From the NCBI RefSeq assembly GCF_009914755.1, contig NC_060929.1: a stretch of DNA of 64,000 nucleotides. The stretch is one strand, 5' to 3'. Origin of the DNA: the human T2T-CHM13v2.0 reference genome, Homo sapiens. Numbering within the stretch: the stretch's first letter is position 1; each line of letters begins with the position of its first letter. Made by a program: the position numbers and the translations under genes. Shown piece after piece: positions 34,201 to 52,900 of this stretch. Under the pieces are notes generated by a model. That model searched no databases and was not told where the DNA came from. It was given only the letters and a program-made list of their open reading frames with translations.

Positions 34201-36839
34201 ACATGTTTCTTCTTTGACTTCTTAAGAGATATAGCGGTGGAGTCTATGTGGCTCAGTGACTCAGTGATGCAGAACTTTTCCTAGGCCATAAAAATATCTA
34301 ATCTAGTTTCACCAACTGTTAGTTTGGATAAATAAACTGACAACAGTATCTTTGTTTCTATGTTTTAGCTGAAAAACAAATCATGAGGTATTCACCATCA
34401 GAAATAAAATCTACATCTGTCTTTGGGAGATGATGAATAAGGTTACGTAAAACAATGGATGCATCTATTTTTCTAGAAAAGGTTAATTATATTGAGCAAA
34501 GCCAATTAGTAATCACAAGCTGCTATGTGGCATCTCTGGGACTGTGGTATTGCATTCCTACAAAACACTTATTTCATTGTTCAATTTTATCTGTTTTGTG
34601 TCCCGGCTTCCTAGTCAAAATGTGTTGAAGGCAGGCAGGAGCCTTTCTTCTTTCTATTATCTTGCGATGCTGAGCACTGTGCCTTGCACAGAGCAAGTGC
34701 TCATTAACCTTTCATTATCCGTTTTGAAGTCTCTACCAAGTGACCATCAAGAGAAGCACCTGAAGGCTTGGTGATAAGCCTCAGTCACACGACAAGGTGT
34801 GTAAGAAATCCCTAAAACCACTCCCCAAACCTTTTATTCATAAACGCAAAATGTCTGAGGGATGGCTGATGGTGCCGGGGAGGAGTGCTTTTGTAGTAAT
34901 TGTGCAATTCTATTTATTTAGATAAAGTAGGACATGTCCGAAATCTTAACAGGTCTTAACTGGGGACCCTGAAGGCAGTTTCAAATAAAGCAGGATTCTG
35001 TATGGGGTGCTCATTAATGCACCTGAGCGATCCCAATTGAGGAGTGAGTCGGGCCAACCTACCAGCAGAACTCAGAGTGCCTTCCTCCTTCCTCCTGTTG
35101 GTCATGTGTCTTCTTTCTTAGCAGGACCTCTTCATCTTGACCAAAAAGTAGCTTATTGAAGTTATACAAACAGGCAAAAAAGCAGAGTAGTTATTTCTAG
35201 AGCTTTACTCTAAGAACTACATAACTAGCCACATTATACTTCTTTACCTAGCAGTAAAAATTAACAATAACTCAAAGAAACATATAAGTACACTGAATAC
35301 TTAACACTGAGCCGCAAGGGCCCTTGGCAACTGTCATGGAAACCCTGATGCCAGAGATAAAGAGGGCTGTCTCAAAGGAAAGCATTGTCCTCAAAAGACG
35401 AACTAACTGTGAGAACATGATTGGATGGATACCAGTAGATCTCGTCCGCAGGAAAAAAGGCATTCTCAGGAAGCCTGCCGCAATGAACAGAACCTTTCTT
35501 TAGTCTGGCATTTCCTTTCGGTTCAGGACACCTGTCTTCAAGTCTGCCTTAGGCCCTTATATTTGTCCCAGAGTGACTCTGGGCACCTCTTCTAGAGCTT
35601 TCTATACCTCAAAGAACTAAGAAAACTATAAAATTATTCAGCCTATGACAGCAGGCTTTGAGAATGGCTAACTGATAGAGATGAGCTTATGGATTTACTG
35701 ATCCTTTAAGGAGGCAGGGATATTTTCATATCCCTGGAATTTGAGGCAATATGAAGCCAACTAAGCTCCAGGGATTGAGGTGGCTCCCCTTAAGATTTTC
35801 AGTAGCTTGGGATCTCTCAAGACTGGTATGAAGCTCCTACTCCTCTGCCTAGGGAGGCTTTAGCTGCATCACAGCCTCAGGTAGGTTAGAAATGGATTGG
35901 CATCTAGCAGCTGGGGTGGAGTTGGAGGGCAGTTAGCTACTATACCCCACCAAATAGATCTCTCGCTAAAACTCTAAATCTGAGTTACCCTTCCTCAGAA
36001 GACACAGATGTGCATAAGACACTGATTTAGATTAGGGAAGGAGGCCATGAGTTTGGATAAGCAAAACAAGCACAAATAGGAAGAAAATGAAATCAGAGGT
36101 GCAAAGTATGATAGAAGAAAAAACCTGGACTACCCAAGCCACCACCAGTAATGCTTGTGAATACATTATCTTGGTGTGGACTCATTATACAGCCTAGTAC
36201 CAAGCATTCCTCCTGAACGATTCTAATAATTGGAAGAGGACAGTAGGGCCCCAGAAGTGAGTCATATCAAAGCCATCACTACACAGCTAACCCACCCCTT
36301 TCATCAAGCAGAAATGATTCCATATTAGCCACAGCTTCCATGATCTCATTAGCAAAGATATTAAAAATCTGCTTTTCCTCTAGGAGGAAAGATTGAAGCA
36401 CTGCCACAAATTATTTCACCCAGAATATTTTGGCTTGATTGGATGAATGGGGATGGGGAAAAATTCTTTCTCTCCATGGCAGTTTTCCTTAATCCTTTTG
36501 GGAGGGTACTTATGTGATGGAAAATGAGATACCTCCCGATGTGTGTGAGTCCAGGGAAAGGCCTAAACTTAGACTTGGGACACATTCATTGCAAGTAAGC
36601 AGCTTGGGCAAAAGGCAATTACGGGCTTACACAGACTAAAAGTTCACGGGTCGATCTGGTTTAGTGCATAAATGAACTCAGGACTCAAATAATATGATTA
36701 GGACATGACTTTTTTCCCTTCAATTAGTCCTGCCTTCCTTGTCTCAATTCCCATATGGCTGCATGATGGCATTGGCACCACGGACCTCTCAGCCTCTCAG
36801 GGTACAGACCCTGTACACAAGAAACAAGAGTGCTATTCA

Positions 36840-37188
<349 letters not shown>

Positions 37189-37316
37189 TCACCTCCAAAC
37201 CCAGACTGCAGCCTGGGTCATATGGCATCAGGGAATGGAATCAGGTATACCCCAAAGACACATGAACTGAGTTAGAAAAGAGGACATCAGGCTATAGTAA
37301 TCATAAAAAGAAAGTG

Positions 37317-40219
<2,903 letters not shown>

Positions 40220-40305
40220 AAAAAGAAAGTGAATACTGAGTGCCAGAAACAACAAATGCCCACTATAATCAGTGAGTAGCCTTGCAGCTGGTATTGCAGA
40301 AACCT

Positions 40306-40730
40306 TTTGTCTTAGCTTAGGTTTTTTCCTAGAAAATAGGACCTGAGATCAAGGCTTGCTTGTCAGTCATTTATTTATGGAAATGAACCAGGTAATGGCT
40401 GAGAACTGGAAAGAATGAAACAAGAAAGAAGGGAAAATCAAAACAAGGTATACTGTGAAGGTATATAAAAGAAAGAATCAAAAAGGGAGCATTTATTGAC
40501 CAGCTGTCACCATGTGTTAGTCAAAGATTGCCCATGGATGTTAGTTCTCACTTCTAGACTTATGCATGCATGAGAATGAACTAGAGGATTCCCCCGGGTG
40601 TCCCACACTGCAAAGTCAGAAAATCCTGGAGACAGAAAGCAGGAGATAAATGGTGTATCAGATTTCCATGGCAATAACCAGGGTAAAAGGTAAGGTAAGA
40701 GGATGTGAGGTGGGCATAAGAACTGTCCCA
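40306..40730 (-). mobile_element. Old ERVL solo LTR (LTR33/LTR16 class)
   Basis: tgtcttagcttaggttttttcctagaaaataggacctgagatcaaggcttg resembles the antisense LTR33/LTR16 end. Confidence 0.55.
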
Positions 40731-41082
40731 TGTACTTTTTCTCTTGAATACTTAAATTGTTTTTGTTTTGTTTTGTTTATTGTTTCTGGTAAATTTTTAA
40801 CAAAGAATAACTGTAAAGAGAGAACACTGCAGGATTGGATTTGGAATTAGATGAGGAACAGTATGAAAAGACTTGGGCTTGAGTCCTTACTCAGCCTCCA
40901 GCAGTGTCATTTAGTCATTTAGTCAATTAATCTCTCAACAGTAGAACACAGATGCAAAAATTGCCTACATTATATGATTGTTAGGAGTATTATTAGTAGG
41001 TAAAGTCATACTGTCACCTTATTAAAAATATTATTTTCATTTCTATCATTCTTAATAACAAAGAAATCTCCATAAATTTTAA

Positions 41083-41406
<324 letters not shown>

Positions 41407-42351
41407 TAAAAGCTGCCAAATGTCATTGAAATTGCTGCAGGACACATCATCAAAATTTCCCCCAAATTCTAATCTTATGAAGAAAATGTATCACCCATCA
41501 TCTTTTAAAACCCACTTAATCTAACACAAGGGAGGGGTTATTTTATACCCCACCATGTGCTAAGGCAGTTTCCAGGAATTTAGAAAAAATATATACAATA
41601 CATTTGTTATCATTGACAGCAGCTCGATGTCCAAGAAATTACTTTCTACATTTTATGAGAAATACTCTGGTAAAAAAAAAATGCTGAGCTCAAACAAAAT
41701 TCCAGATTATTGGCATCACACTACACTGTAGATATAGCCAGGGCATCTAGCCACGCAGTCCACCCTTCGGTCCCTGAGACAACAGTTCCAGCCCCAAGCC
41801 TCTATTGTAGTCCCGCATGGTTTGGTCTCCCTGAATCTCCTCCAAGTCTTCTCTCTATGAGCTCATGGAAGCCCAGGGACTGAGTATTATTAAATCAGTC
41901 GTGCTGTCCTTTGACTGTGGAAGGGTCTAGCTTCTTAGGAACCAAATGTAGGAAGCCTCTTCTGTCTCTTTAATTTTCTCCTTCTATCTGGCTTTAATCC
42001 TAATGTGATTCAAATGTTTTCAGCAGAAAACCAAACCATCCCTGGCTGAGGGTGGGCAGAGATGGCTCCTACCAGACTCCTGTGAGAGAAACACATAAAT
42101 GCTCAATTCTCCTTTAGTTCCCAAATGACCTCAACCTCTACATCAAATTACAGCATTCAAGACAGCTAGCGCCAATTGCCCAAAAGCAACTTGATTACAA
42201 ATCAATATCTGCAGGTGTTTAGGAAACATCTAAAATTCCTCTTTGCGCTATCCTCATGCATCCCAAAAAGGTAAATTTCACATTTCATGGATTTCACACA
42301 GCCTGTATTTTAAGTCAGACCATCTAAATTTACTCTTCAAAAATGCGATGA

Positions 42352-42651
42352 GGAAGGGCGCGGTGGCTCACGCCTGCAATCCCAGCACTTTGGGAGGCCG
42401 AGGCTGGCGGATCACGAGGTCAGAAGATCGAGACCATCCTGGCGAACACAGTGAAACCCCGTCTCTACTAAAAATACAAAAAATTAGCCAGGCATGGTGG
42501 CGGGCGCCTGTAGTCCCAGCTACTCGGGAGGCTGAGGCAGGAGAATGGCGTGAACCCAGGAAGCGGAGCTTGCACTGAGCCGAGATCGCACCACCGCACT
42601 CCAGGCTGGGCCACAGAGCGAGACTCCGTCTCAAAAAACAAAAAAAAGAAA
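42352..42651 (+). mobile_element. AluY, CpG-rich
   Basis: Full dimer; TSD aaaaatgcgatga at 42339-42351 and 42652-42664. Confidence 0.95.
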
Positions 42652-43413
42652 AAAAATGCGATGAAAATCCATCCAGCCATTCCTCCATCGTGTACTAGTA
42701 GGCAAACAATTTTTTTTATAGATGGGAAAGAAACCAACAGGTAGGTCATACCTGTAAGAATTTCTCAGTTCCAATTTTAGGAAAAGAGAAATGAGAGGGA
42801 TGATAAAAGTTTGGGCAAAAGCATAATTGAAGTATTAAGATAAGGAGCAAACTCTAATGCATGGAGGAGGAGGAAGGTGACTCTCAGACAAGTCGCATAC
42901 GTGAGGACGGGGGCACTAGAGAGCACATGTCTTTAGAATGAAAGCAGCAGCCGCTCCATTCCTGCGGCTTCTGGCCACATGCGTAAACTAACCCAGTGTT
43001 GCCAGGTCTGTCTCTACAGTCTCAAGCATGTTTAATTCTGAATCTGGTAGTTCAAATTCTTGAGAAAAAAAAATATATCACCGATCAGCTCAGCCTATGT
43101 ACTTGTTCTCATGGGGGCAGATGTCTACTCCTATTCCAATTAGTTTTGGCTAGGGGACCTGAGACAGGTCACACAGTCTACCGCCTACATTGGAGGAACT
43201 TGGGAATGGGGAGTTGATTTATGAGAAAGGGACTGTGGGAGAAACTGGTACAGCAAAGCCTCCCTTTATAGACCTAAAGGGCAAACGTAGACTTATGATA
43301 GCCATGTAGTGATTTCTACTGGGGAAGAGATTCTTTCCCACAATTCCCCAGTGCACAAACAGGTACTATATTTGCCTCTCTGATCCTGTGTTGCTTATTT
43401 GAGCCAAGGTGGG

Positions 43414-44182
<769 letters not shown>

Positions 44183-46310
44183 GTGGGGATGGGGTGTAAA
44201 TAGCAAGTCTTCACTCCTTGTTTCTCTACACTGTTATTAAAGGCTGAGTATATTTGGCCAAGGAGGAAGCTGCCTCAGAAGTATGATTGAAGATGGCTCC
44301 AAATATGCCTGTCACTGAAACACTATTGCCACCTTCAGAATATGACATTTGCATCAGGAGTAATGTATTCTTTGAAATATGGCAGCATATATTTAGGAGT
44401 GTCTTGCTGTAAAGAGAAAAATCTCCAAGAAAATAATCTCCAAGAAGCTATGAATGCCTAACCTACTGCAGCTTGGAAAGCTGAGGTGGGTAAATTTCGA
44501 TCTAGAGAAGGATGGAGAAACCTTTGGTGGTGTGCCTCCCAAGACAGTATAATCAGGATCTCACTTCACAGACAAGAAATTGAAGCCCAGAGGGGTTTAG
44601 AGTCTGGTGTCTTCAAATAGAATATGAGCCTTACATCCAGTCAGGGCTTTTCAAATATTTGTAGCAGGCTCTGGGTTTGAGGGGGAAGAAACAGAGAGAA
44701 TATGACACAACTCTAAAAGCTACATTTTTCTATAGTAGACTCCAAACTAAAGACATTTATCACTTGTCAAAAGTAGACAGTGTCTTGAAATACAATGATT
44801 GAAGGGCAAATGCTCTCTGACTTGACAAGAGTCTGTTTATAATTACAGCATTAGGATAGACACACTTTAATTAAAAATCATGAAAAGGACCTTAGCTGTA
44901 CTGTGAAGCCTCCATTAAAATCCTGGCAGAGGAGCCGCTTTCTGGCCAAGCTTCTATTTTCAGATACCTGCCCTTTATTAAAGGATTTCCTTTAGTCTAA
45001 AATTTCTTAGATTTATGCTTTGACTGTTGATGACTTTTTGGCAATATCCAAAAAAGAAGAAACCAAAAAAGTACATCCCTCAAACCTGAACAGATAACAT
45101 CATTCTATCCCTAGTCCAAGCAGCTGTGGTTGAGGGGCAGAGTAGTAGAGTCCCAGGACTACTGTCCACCTTGCAGGAACTTGGGGAGGGGGTATTATAA
45201 GTGGCCCTACAGGCCATTCAGCCCAGCTCTCTAATTTTATACACATGAGGCTCAGGGAGGACAAGTGACTGTCCAGGGCCACCATCCAGTGGTGGGAGAC
45301 CTGGAACACACCAGTATCCAGTCTAGATGATCACTTTCGGAAGCTGAGCTGCTCAGTCAACTGAAAGAGATGGAATTCTGAAATTTCAAATACCATCACC
45401 TATTACTTCCCAGGCTGCACTCCCCAAAGCACCAATCCTGTAGATACTTGGTTTAATAAATAGAAAATAGAGGAAGGAAGGAAAGAAGGCCATCCAGGGC
45501 CAACAAACCTGGGACATGTTACATACCATATTTCCTTCTTGAAGATTCACATCACACACTAGGAAACCTGAGAAAGAAGCCCAGCAGAAAAGAAATCTGT
45601 TTAACTCAAAACTCTTTTTCCAAGTGACATCTATTAACATCCTGCAGACCTGATGTTCTAGGAAACATACACTGGGACATGCTGGCTTAGTGAGAAGACA
45701 AATGAATTTCAAAATAATTGGGCTGGAAAGTAAAGAAATTGAACCAGTCTGGCTCATGTCAAGCAAGAGTTCAGAAATGCTACCATGTCATCTTTATTTT
45801 CTTCCCCTGGGTCTTTTTATCCTGGCAACTTGGAAAGAAATGGAGGATAAGGGTGTCCCTGAATAGCAAAGATAAAGAGAATTAACTTTTTAGTTTTCCA
45901 TTAAAGGTATGTGTAAAAAAGTACACACAGAGACCCTGCCTCTGCCACTCTTCTCCATGGGTATTTAAATTCCTACCAGAAATGTAATGCTTAGAATAGT
46001 ATTCCTACCTATTTATAACTTCTATATGGTGAACTACCATGACTGTTCCCCCTCAAAGCTGGTAAAGTTACATTTCTACCTCAGAAACTGTGAGGAAATC
46101 AAATATGGCCTTTAAATAAACTAATTTGAAAGGTTTGAAAAAATATTAAGAGACTTTAAAAAAGGAATAGGGGACTTGAATATCCCAAAGTGTGAAAATG
46201 CCACATTTTTATACTCAAATGATTCAAAATAGATGAACAGAACGCTTCCCAACTTTCCAAAAATATGCACCTTCAGGCAATAAAAAAAATCAATCTAAAG
46301 GGTCATTTAT

Positions 46311-46580
46311 TTCCAGAGCCTAAAAGCCCAATTTAGCACTCCAATGAGCCCCCACAGCTGACTGGATATGGGAGACAGGGCTGAAGGAAGGTCATTCACA
46401 CTCCTCCCTAACTCCTTAATGATATGTTTAGCTGGGCTAATTTTAGACCTGTCGGAAGCTTTTGATTCAGTTAACCATAAGGTGTTGGTAACAAGACTGT
46501 GGTCAACAGCAGGCATGGGCTGCACTCTCTTGAAGTCAGTGGGTGAGTTCATTCCTGGAAGGAGGGTGCCAGTAGGTAGT
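46311..46580 (+). pseudogene. Ancient L2/CR1-clade reverse transcriptase fragment
   Basis: The frame of ORF 46368-46697 reads LILDLSEAFDSVNHKVLVTRLWSTAGMGCTLLKSVGEFIPGR, matching the L2-type RT signature LDLSxAFDxVxHxxLxxRL...G..G..L. Confidence 0.65.
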
Positions 46581-47809
46581 CACAGAGAACTGCTCGTGAT
46601 CCACATATATCTCCTGGGAGGTCTTTTCTCCCTGCCCTATTTACTCAGCATGGGCAGAAGACTCTGGGACCCATCTGTGGAAGCAACGTATTCTTGATGG
46701 CACCCATCTCATTATCATCTTTTCTACTGATCGATTCAAAACTATCTTATCCTTTGACTTGGCTCATAGTTATTTTGGTTTAGGCAGGAAGTAGTAGGCT
46801 TCAAGTCAACCTGAATAGGCTAAGTTTGTGATCTTCCGTCAGAGGAAATGCTTTAAGGATGTCAGAGGTGGAGTTGCATCATAGCTATTCAGGGATGGAG
46901 GCTCACTAACGCGTCTTTTAACAGGAGCTTCAGCATGGACAAGAAAAGCCTTTTTTTTTTTTTTTCTTGAATTCAGAGATGCCTGTACCTACATCAACTT
47001 CCAGAAAAGGCTACCCCTCCAGTTGCTATGTTTCACCTGGTAATAGCCACCCTTTTCTCTACTTTGCTAGATTTTACAGGGGAGTTTTATTACCCTAATT
47101 TCTTTAGCCTTGTTACTTTTTGTACCAATCAATTCATATCCTTTCTACTGTCTCAAGGTTTACTATGAATGGATTTTATTTGGTGCTGTGCAATTTTGTT
47201 CTACATATGCTCTGTAAAGGTATCTGTAGCAAAGAAAATGTCAATGTTCTACTCAAAAATTCACCAGCCCAATGAGGGAAAAATGCTTTTAGTACTGTCT
47301 CTTACAAGATTTCAACAGATTCTTATGCTATAAGGAAAAGTAGGGTTAATCTATCATCACCCTTTCATTTTATAAAATGAGAAAGCAAGACTTAAATTTC
47401 TTTAACTCACATTCAGGAGAACAAAAAAAAAATTTCATTGAGCAAGAAATCTAATACTATCTTTCCAAATTCTATCAATCACTCATGGTCCTCACTATAG
47501 GTCAAAAAGTGTGGAGAACAAGAGGAAGGCAAGGGGGTTGGGAAAGAAACACAAAAAGGATAAAAAAAAATATGGTTAGACAAAGCCAATTAGAAAGTGG
47601 TTTCCTGTCATCCTTTATAATCATCCTTTTCTTTCCAACTATATATTGTGTTATTTTTGGCCTCCTCAGATAAACCAGATATCCTTAGTCATCCATATCC
47701 AAGGGGCAGAAGGAGGCAGAGATAGGAACATCTAAATGAGCCCCATTTTCCAGCTTTGGGACTATAGATGCTTCCATGGTTAATATTGCAACTGAGGATT
47801 TTAATGCTC

Positions 47810-48580
47810 ATTTCATTGATTTGACAATCATCCACTGAACATCTGCCATGTGCTAAGAACTATGCTGCACACTCTAAGGGACATAAATATAAAGGAGACA
47901 TAGTCTTGCCTCTAGAAATGTACCATTTAATTAGGGAGAAGAAAAATATGCCTCCTGGTTGCAAAATTCTAAGACTGTGACATTGCACATCAACAACTGT
48001 GCCATAGGGAGGAGTCAGCTAGGTGCCTAAAGACAAGCTCAGCCTGAGTATTGTGGGGTCCAGAGAGGGAGTCTGTCACTTCCAGTTGGAAGGATACAAG
48101 AAATGCTTATCAAAGAGGTGGCTTCTTGAGCGGGGACTTGAAGGATGGAAAGGACTTAAACACAGTAAGAGGTCACTGAAGACTGAGCTTTCTGGGAAAG
48201 GAAATTGACAAAAAGGCATAAAAATCAAAGGCCTGCTTAGGAACTAGCAAGTGGACCTGTTTGGCTAATATGTGGAATAGATAAACGAAGGGAGACACAG
48301 TTGGAAGCATGTTTTAGAAGCCAAGTTGCAGAGTATCAAGAAGAAGCCAGAAAGCTTGTGGTAAATTCTTTAAGTGACGGGCAGCCACTGACCATTCTTC
48401 AGAGGGCCTGTCTTTAGGCAGATTCATTGGGCCTCAATGAATTAGAGACCACAGATGAGAGACACTAGAGGAAGGAATCTGCTTATGATCATCAAAGTGA
48501 GAGATAAAGAGCACTCCAGCAAGAATGGAGAGGAGGCAGAATCACCAGGCACCACTGATAGAGGAAGAGCAGGAATAATT
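47810..48580 (-). mobile_element. L2 fragment
   Basis: cactgaacatctgccatgtgctaagaactatgct and cttgagcggggacttgaaggatgg. Confidence 0.7.
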
Positions 48581-48999
48581 TGGTGTGAAGCCTGGAGGAG
48601 CAGTTCCTAGGGTGTTTGTGATGAAAATAAAATTCCACCGTGTCAAGCAGACACTTGAAAGTGTGAGATTTTGAACTTACCAATATTGATTGATGAATGA
48701 TTTTGTTACAGGTTAAGGATGTTTCATTTGCTATGAGTTTTTTAACTGTATTGTCTCTTCCATATGTTTTCAGAGGGTAGAATGATAGAATAAGCAAATA
48801 GACATTAGATATCACAGATATGTCATACTGAAAAGAGCACAGGAGGTCTCAATCTTTTCTGTTGTGTACTCGTTTTGCACGTAATCATACAGTGGTGGGC
48901 CCATAGCTGTTGAATATAAAATATATTACAAACTGCCCAAATCAATTATTCTGCTATAGCATATTCTTCCTGTCAAATATATGCTCCTGTCTGCATTCA

Positions 49000-49140
49000 T
49001 TTTTATTTATTTATTTATTTTGTAGAGATGGGATCTCATTATGTTGCCCAGGCTGGACTCAAATTCCTGGGCTCAAGTGATCCTCTTGCCTCAGCCTCCT
49101 GAGTATATGGGACTACAGGCATGCACCACTGCACCCAGTT
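49000..49140 (-). mobile_element. FLAM_A-like Alu monomer
   Basis: gtagagatgggatctcattatgttgcccaggctgg...cctcctgagtatatgggactacaggcatgcaccact; degenerate TSD cattcatttttat / catccctttttat. Confidence 0.85.
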
Positions 49141-49739
49141 CCCCATCCCTTTTTATATCAGCGATTTTGTTTAAAACTGACATTATTGAATTAGCAAGAA
49201 CCTATCCATGAATGGTCCCTATTAATAAAGAATTCAATCTTCACGTGTCTCTAACATCTATTCACTGAGCAGCCTCAATCACCTAGTCAGATGCTAAAGA
49301 ATTTGGAAACAAAAAGCAATAGCCCTTTCATCTTATTTAGCTGTGAATGCAGACACATTGTTGACCATCTTCCTCAGGTAGTCTTCTCTGATAAACTAGA
49401 AGCAACCTGACTCCATGTCATTCTCACTGAGCTCTCTATTTGATTTATACTTTATTTCTTTGTGCACTTGTTCTCTGCCTCTTTCTCCCTCACCTCCTCC
49501 TCTAATATTTAGCAAACATTTAGTGAGTACTTGGTATATACCAAACAGGGGCCCAGTGACACAATACAAAGATAAAAGGCAACAATCCTTTGCTTTGTGC
49601 AAATATTAATGTGATGAATTCATTTGCCCCATGGAATACCTGGCTTAAAGACAGAGATCATCTCTACCTAAACCTTGTGGCATCTGAACGCTAGTGCTCC
49701 AAGGTGGTTATGCTGAGAATGCCAGTGCCAGGTGGGCCA

Positions 49740-49920
49740 AGTACTAGGTGTGCAAGCATGACAAGTTATTTAAACCTTCTGAGCCTCAGTTTTCCTCTTC
49801 TGTGAAATGGAAAGGATCATACTAGTACCTATCTCAGAGGGTTCTGGTAAAAATTAAATAAGACAATACAAAGACCTTAGGATAACACCTGCTATACACT
49901 AAAAAACACTAGCTAAAAAT
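49740..49920 (+). mobile_element. MIR SINE
   Basis: caagttatttaaaccttctgagcctcagttttcctcttctgtgaaatgg. Confidence 0.8.
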
Positions 49921-52900
49921 TATCATCATCATTAATAGTATTAATATTTGACCCATGATCAGGCTGCAAATGACCACCAGTGGCTCTGATAGTGACCGTC
50001 CTTTTAGCAGGTAAGAATAAAAGACTGGCTGGCATTTCATAGAAAGATCTAGAAAGCAATGCCGTTTCAGTTTGCATGTCATAGAAGCAACTCCTCTTCA
50101 GCCTATATGTCATGTTTTCTGTTTTATTTCTCTCGTTTTCTTATACCAGCAAATTGTCATCTGCTCCCGATGTTTATCCCCTATTTAAAGACACAGTAGC
50201 AGTTTGTGAAGCCAGCAGTTCTCTGCCAATGCTGTCACACACACTCCTGTTCCCCCCAGGTCTGTGGCTCTGAAGGCCTGATCTTCAACAAGCAGTGACA
50301 CAAAACCACTACTGTTCCATCCAGAGGGAGTTGCTGCTGTGCAGCGCATGTTACAGGATCAAGCCCCAAGTGAGGAACATAAGAGAAATCATAGAAGGCA
50401 AGTAAAATAGAAATGTGTTCCTCATGCAAACACTCCAAGCAATTAAAAATAAAATGAAGGAAAGCATGAACTAAAATAGAAAACTGTAGTGATGGAACAC
50501 TTTTGAAATCAAAGATCGTGCTTCTTTCCTTACTCTCTGGAACTCTAAATCATTACTTAGGTGAATTTATGTCTGTTTTCAACATTTCTGTTAAACACGA
50601 CAAAGAGCTGGACCCTAGTTGCTGGTTGCCAGGCAGGCTACACCCCAGAAGGTCAGAATGCATAATTAATCCACGGGAGGCTGCAGGAGATTTGTTATCT
50701 GGGAGCCTTTAGGTTCCCCATGCACAGACTTCTGCATGCCAGAGCAGGTTGCACCTAATAAAGTTTTCAAGGTGATTCTGACTTTCTTCACCACTCCTCA
50801 CCCCCAGCTTCCTCCTAGGCATTTCCAGCCTACTTATCCCAATATTTCAGGAAAGGCACGATCTCCTTCAAACACCACACCCTCTCCTCAAACATTATCT
50901 GCAGAAACAAATTTGAAATTACATTATAAATTACATCACCACTTTGTGCAGATTACAGACCCAGACAACAATTTCCCACATGGGCCAAGGTGATCCAGGG
51001 AGCCTGGAGTACCAGTCTGTCCAAATTGGAAGGGGGCAAGACCTCTTGGTGAGCAGATGCTCTGCCCAGCAGATCTAGGAATTCTGTTTCATTTTTAATT
51101 TTTTTGCCTTTAAAAATGCAGATAGGAATATCAGACCTAGAAGTTTTCTGTGCTGCACAATTTATGCCAGCTCATTACCTCCTGCTAGACTCCAAGGCTT
51201 TGTAACGGAAATTGGCTCTGATTTCTGAGATGGGCATTACATCATAGTCTTCTTTTAGCACATTATGTCATCCCTGCTGAGGCGCATTATCTAGGGTTGG
51301 CTCAGCAGTAGCGATTTTTGTGGGCCGACTGCAGTGTTCCAAAAGAACTGCTGGGAACCACAGATTGAAATCTGAAACATTTATCTTCTAAAAAGCTGAA
51401 AAGGGGGAAAGATGTTCACACTGGACCCCATTTATTTTCCTTAACCCTCTCCTGTCTCAGCTCCCTTTATGTTACATTGCAGCAAATGCCCATAAACAAT
51501 ATGCTGAGTCCGTGCAGGAATGATCATTTTGAGGTAACCACCATTAAGGATGCCTAAAATATTGCTCCCTAGAAAGGGCTGATATATCTGATACTTGCCA
51601 TGGTTGTATCTCAGGGCATGTTACAAAATGCTTAAAAGATATCACCTGGCACTCATATTGATAACATAGAACTTCTTAAATCTTGGGTTAAGAAAAGAAT
51701 TTCTTTTCATGATCAGTCTATAAATGCATGTGAATGAAAACTATATGTACACATATATACATGCTTATCCTTCTGACCGTGTTGCAGCAACAAAGGCAAA
51801 CTTCTAGAAGGTTTATATGAGAAATAATTTTTACGCAGGAAACTGAGCTGATATTATCTCTTCTCACTTCAACCATGAAATTAGAAGCCCATTTTGTATC
51901 TCTCCATCCTAGGCAGGATTAGAAACCATTGCACAGAGGGAATAGACAGGTGCTTTTAGGATAAAGCAAAGATATTCCCAAACCCCAGAGAATCCCAATA
52001 CCTCTCTCATCACAAAAGCATAATTATAAAAAAAAAAAGTCTCAAAATACCAAAAGGAAATGGGATACATTCAACCATGACTAAAGTACAATTCATCCCT
52101 TATACACCAACTAATGAGATTCATTGGGTGGGGAATAAGTGCTGGGGGAGGGGCTAGAATGAAGGGCATGATGTTCCTTTCCTCCACCCATCTATGTGCA
52201 ACTTTTTCACTCATTTTTAAATAGTGAGTATTTTCATGTTGTCACTTTTTGTAGCTCTAAAATGGTAGCCACATTCAAGCAAACAACCTCATAATTAAAT
52301 TGGAGATGAGTAAAGTTATCATTTGGCCCAGCCTAAGAGTCTAGCCTTGTTCCTATTCCAATTAAAATGATTTTTCATCATGTTCAATTCTAGTGTACCC
52401 CTGCCATGGGTCATAAAGCAAGATGGCAGTCTTCATTCTTTTACTCAGTCCATGGCAAGGCCCTGTGAGCAGTCCCTGCATTCAAAAAGGAGTTGGGACC
52501 ACTGGCCCCGCGCTCAAGGTAAAAAGTTACTTGAGTGACATTTTGCATCCTACTGACTCCCCATCTTCTTTCATATTTCATACCTATTGCCAGTTGCCTT
52601 TATTCCTGCAAGGGGACAGTGTGAGGATTGATGGTATGACCCTCAGAGTGCTCCAAGGCTTTCAGATGGACAGTGCTCTATAAAATAGTGTTAACAGCTA
52701 TGGGTATTTGCAAGAATCCTCTCACCCTTCTTCCTTTCCTTTGTCCCTTCATCTCCACCCCTTCCCCCTAGCTCTAGGAATTTCATGATCTCAAGGCCAA
52801 AATGCTTTAAATCTTAATAACTACATGTGCCACTGGGGATACTGAAATGAAACTATATATACTCTTTACTTGACTCATTCCAAGCTTTTACTGCAGCCAA

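Noticed and set aside
42243-42749. Overlapping ORFs of about 100 aa
   Set aside because: Standard Alu translations.
49960-50020. Possible exon ending at cag/gtaaga
   Set aside because: No convincing acceptor or coding signal; cannot be supported without transcript data.
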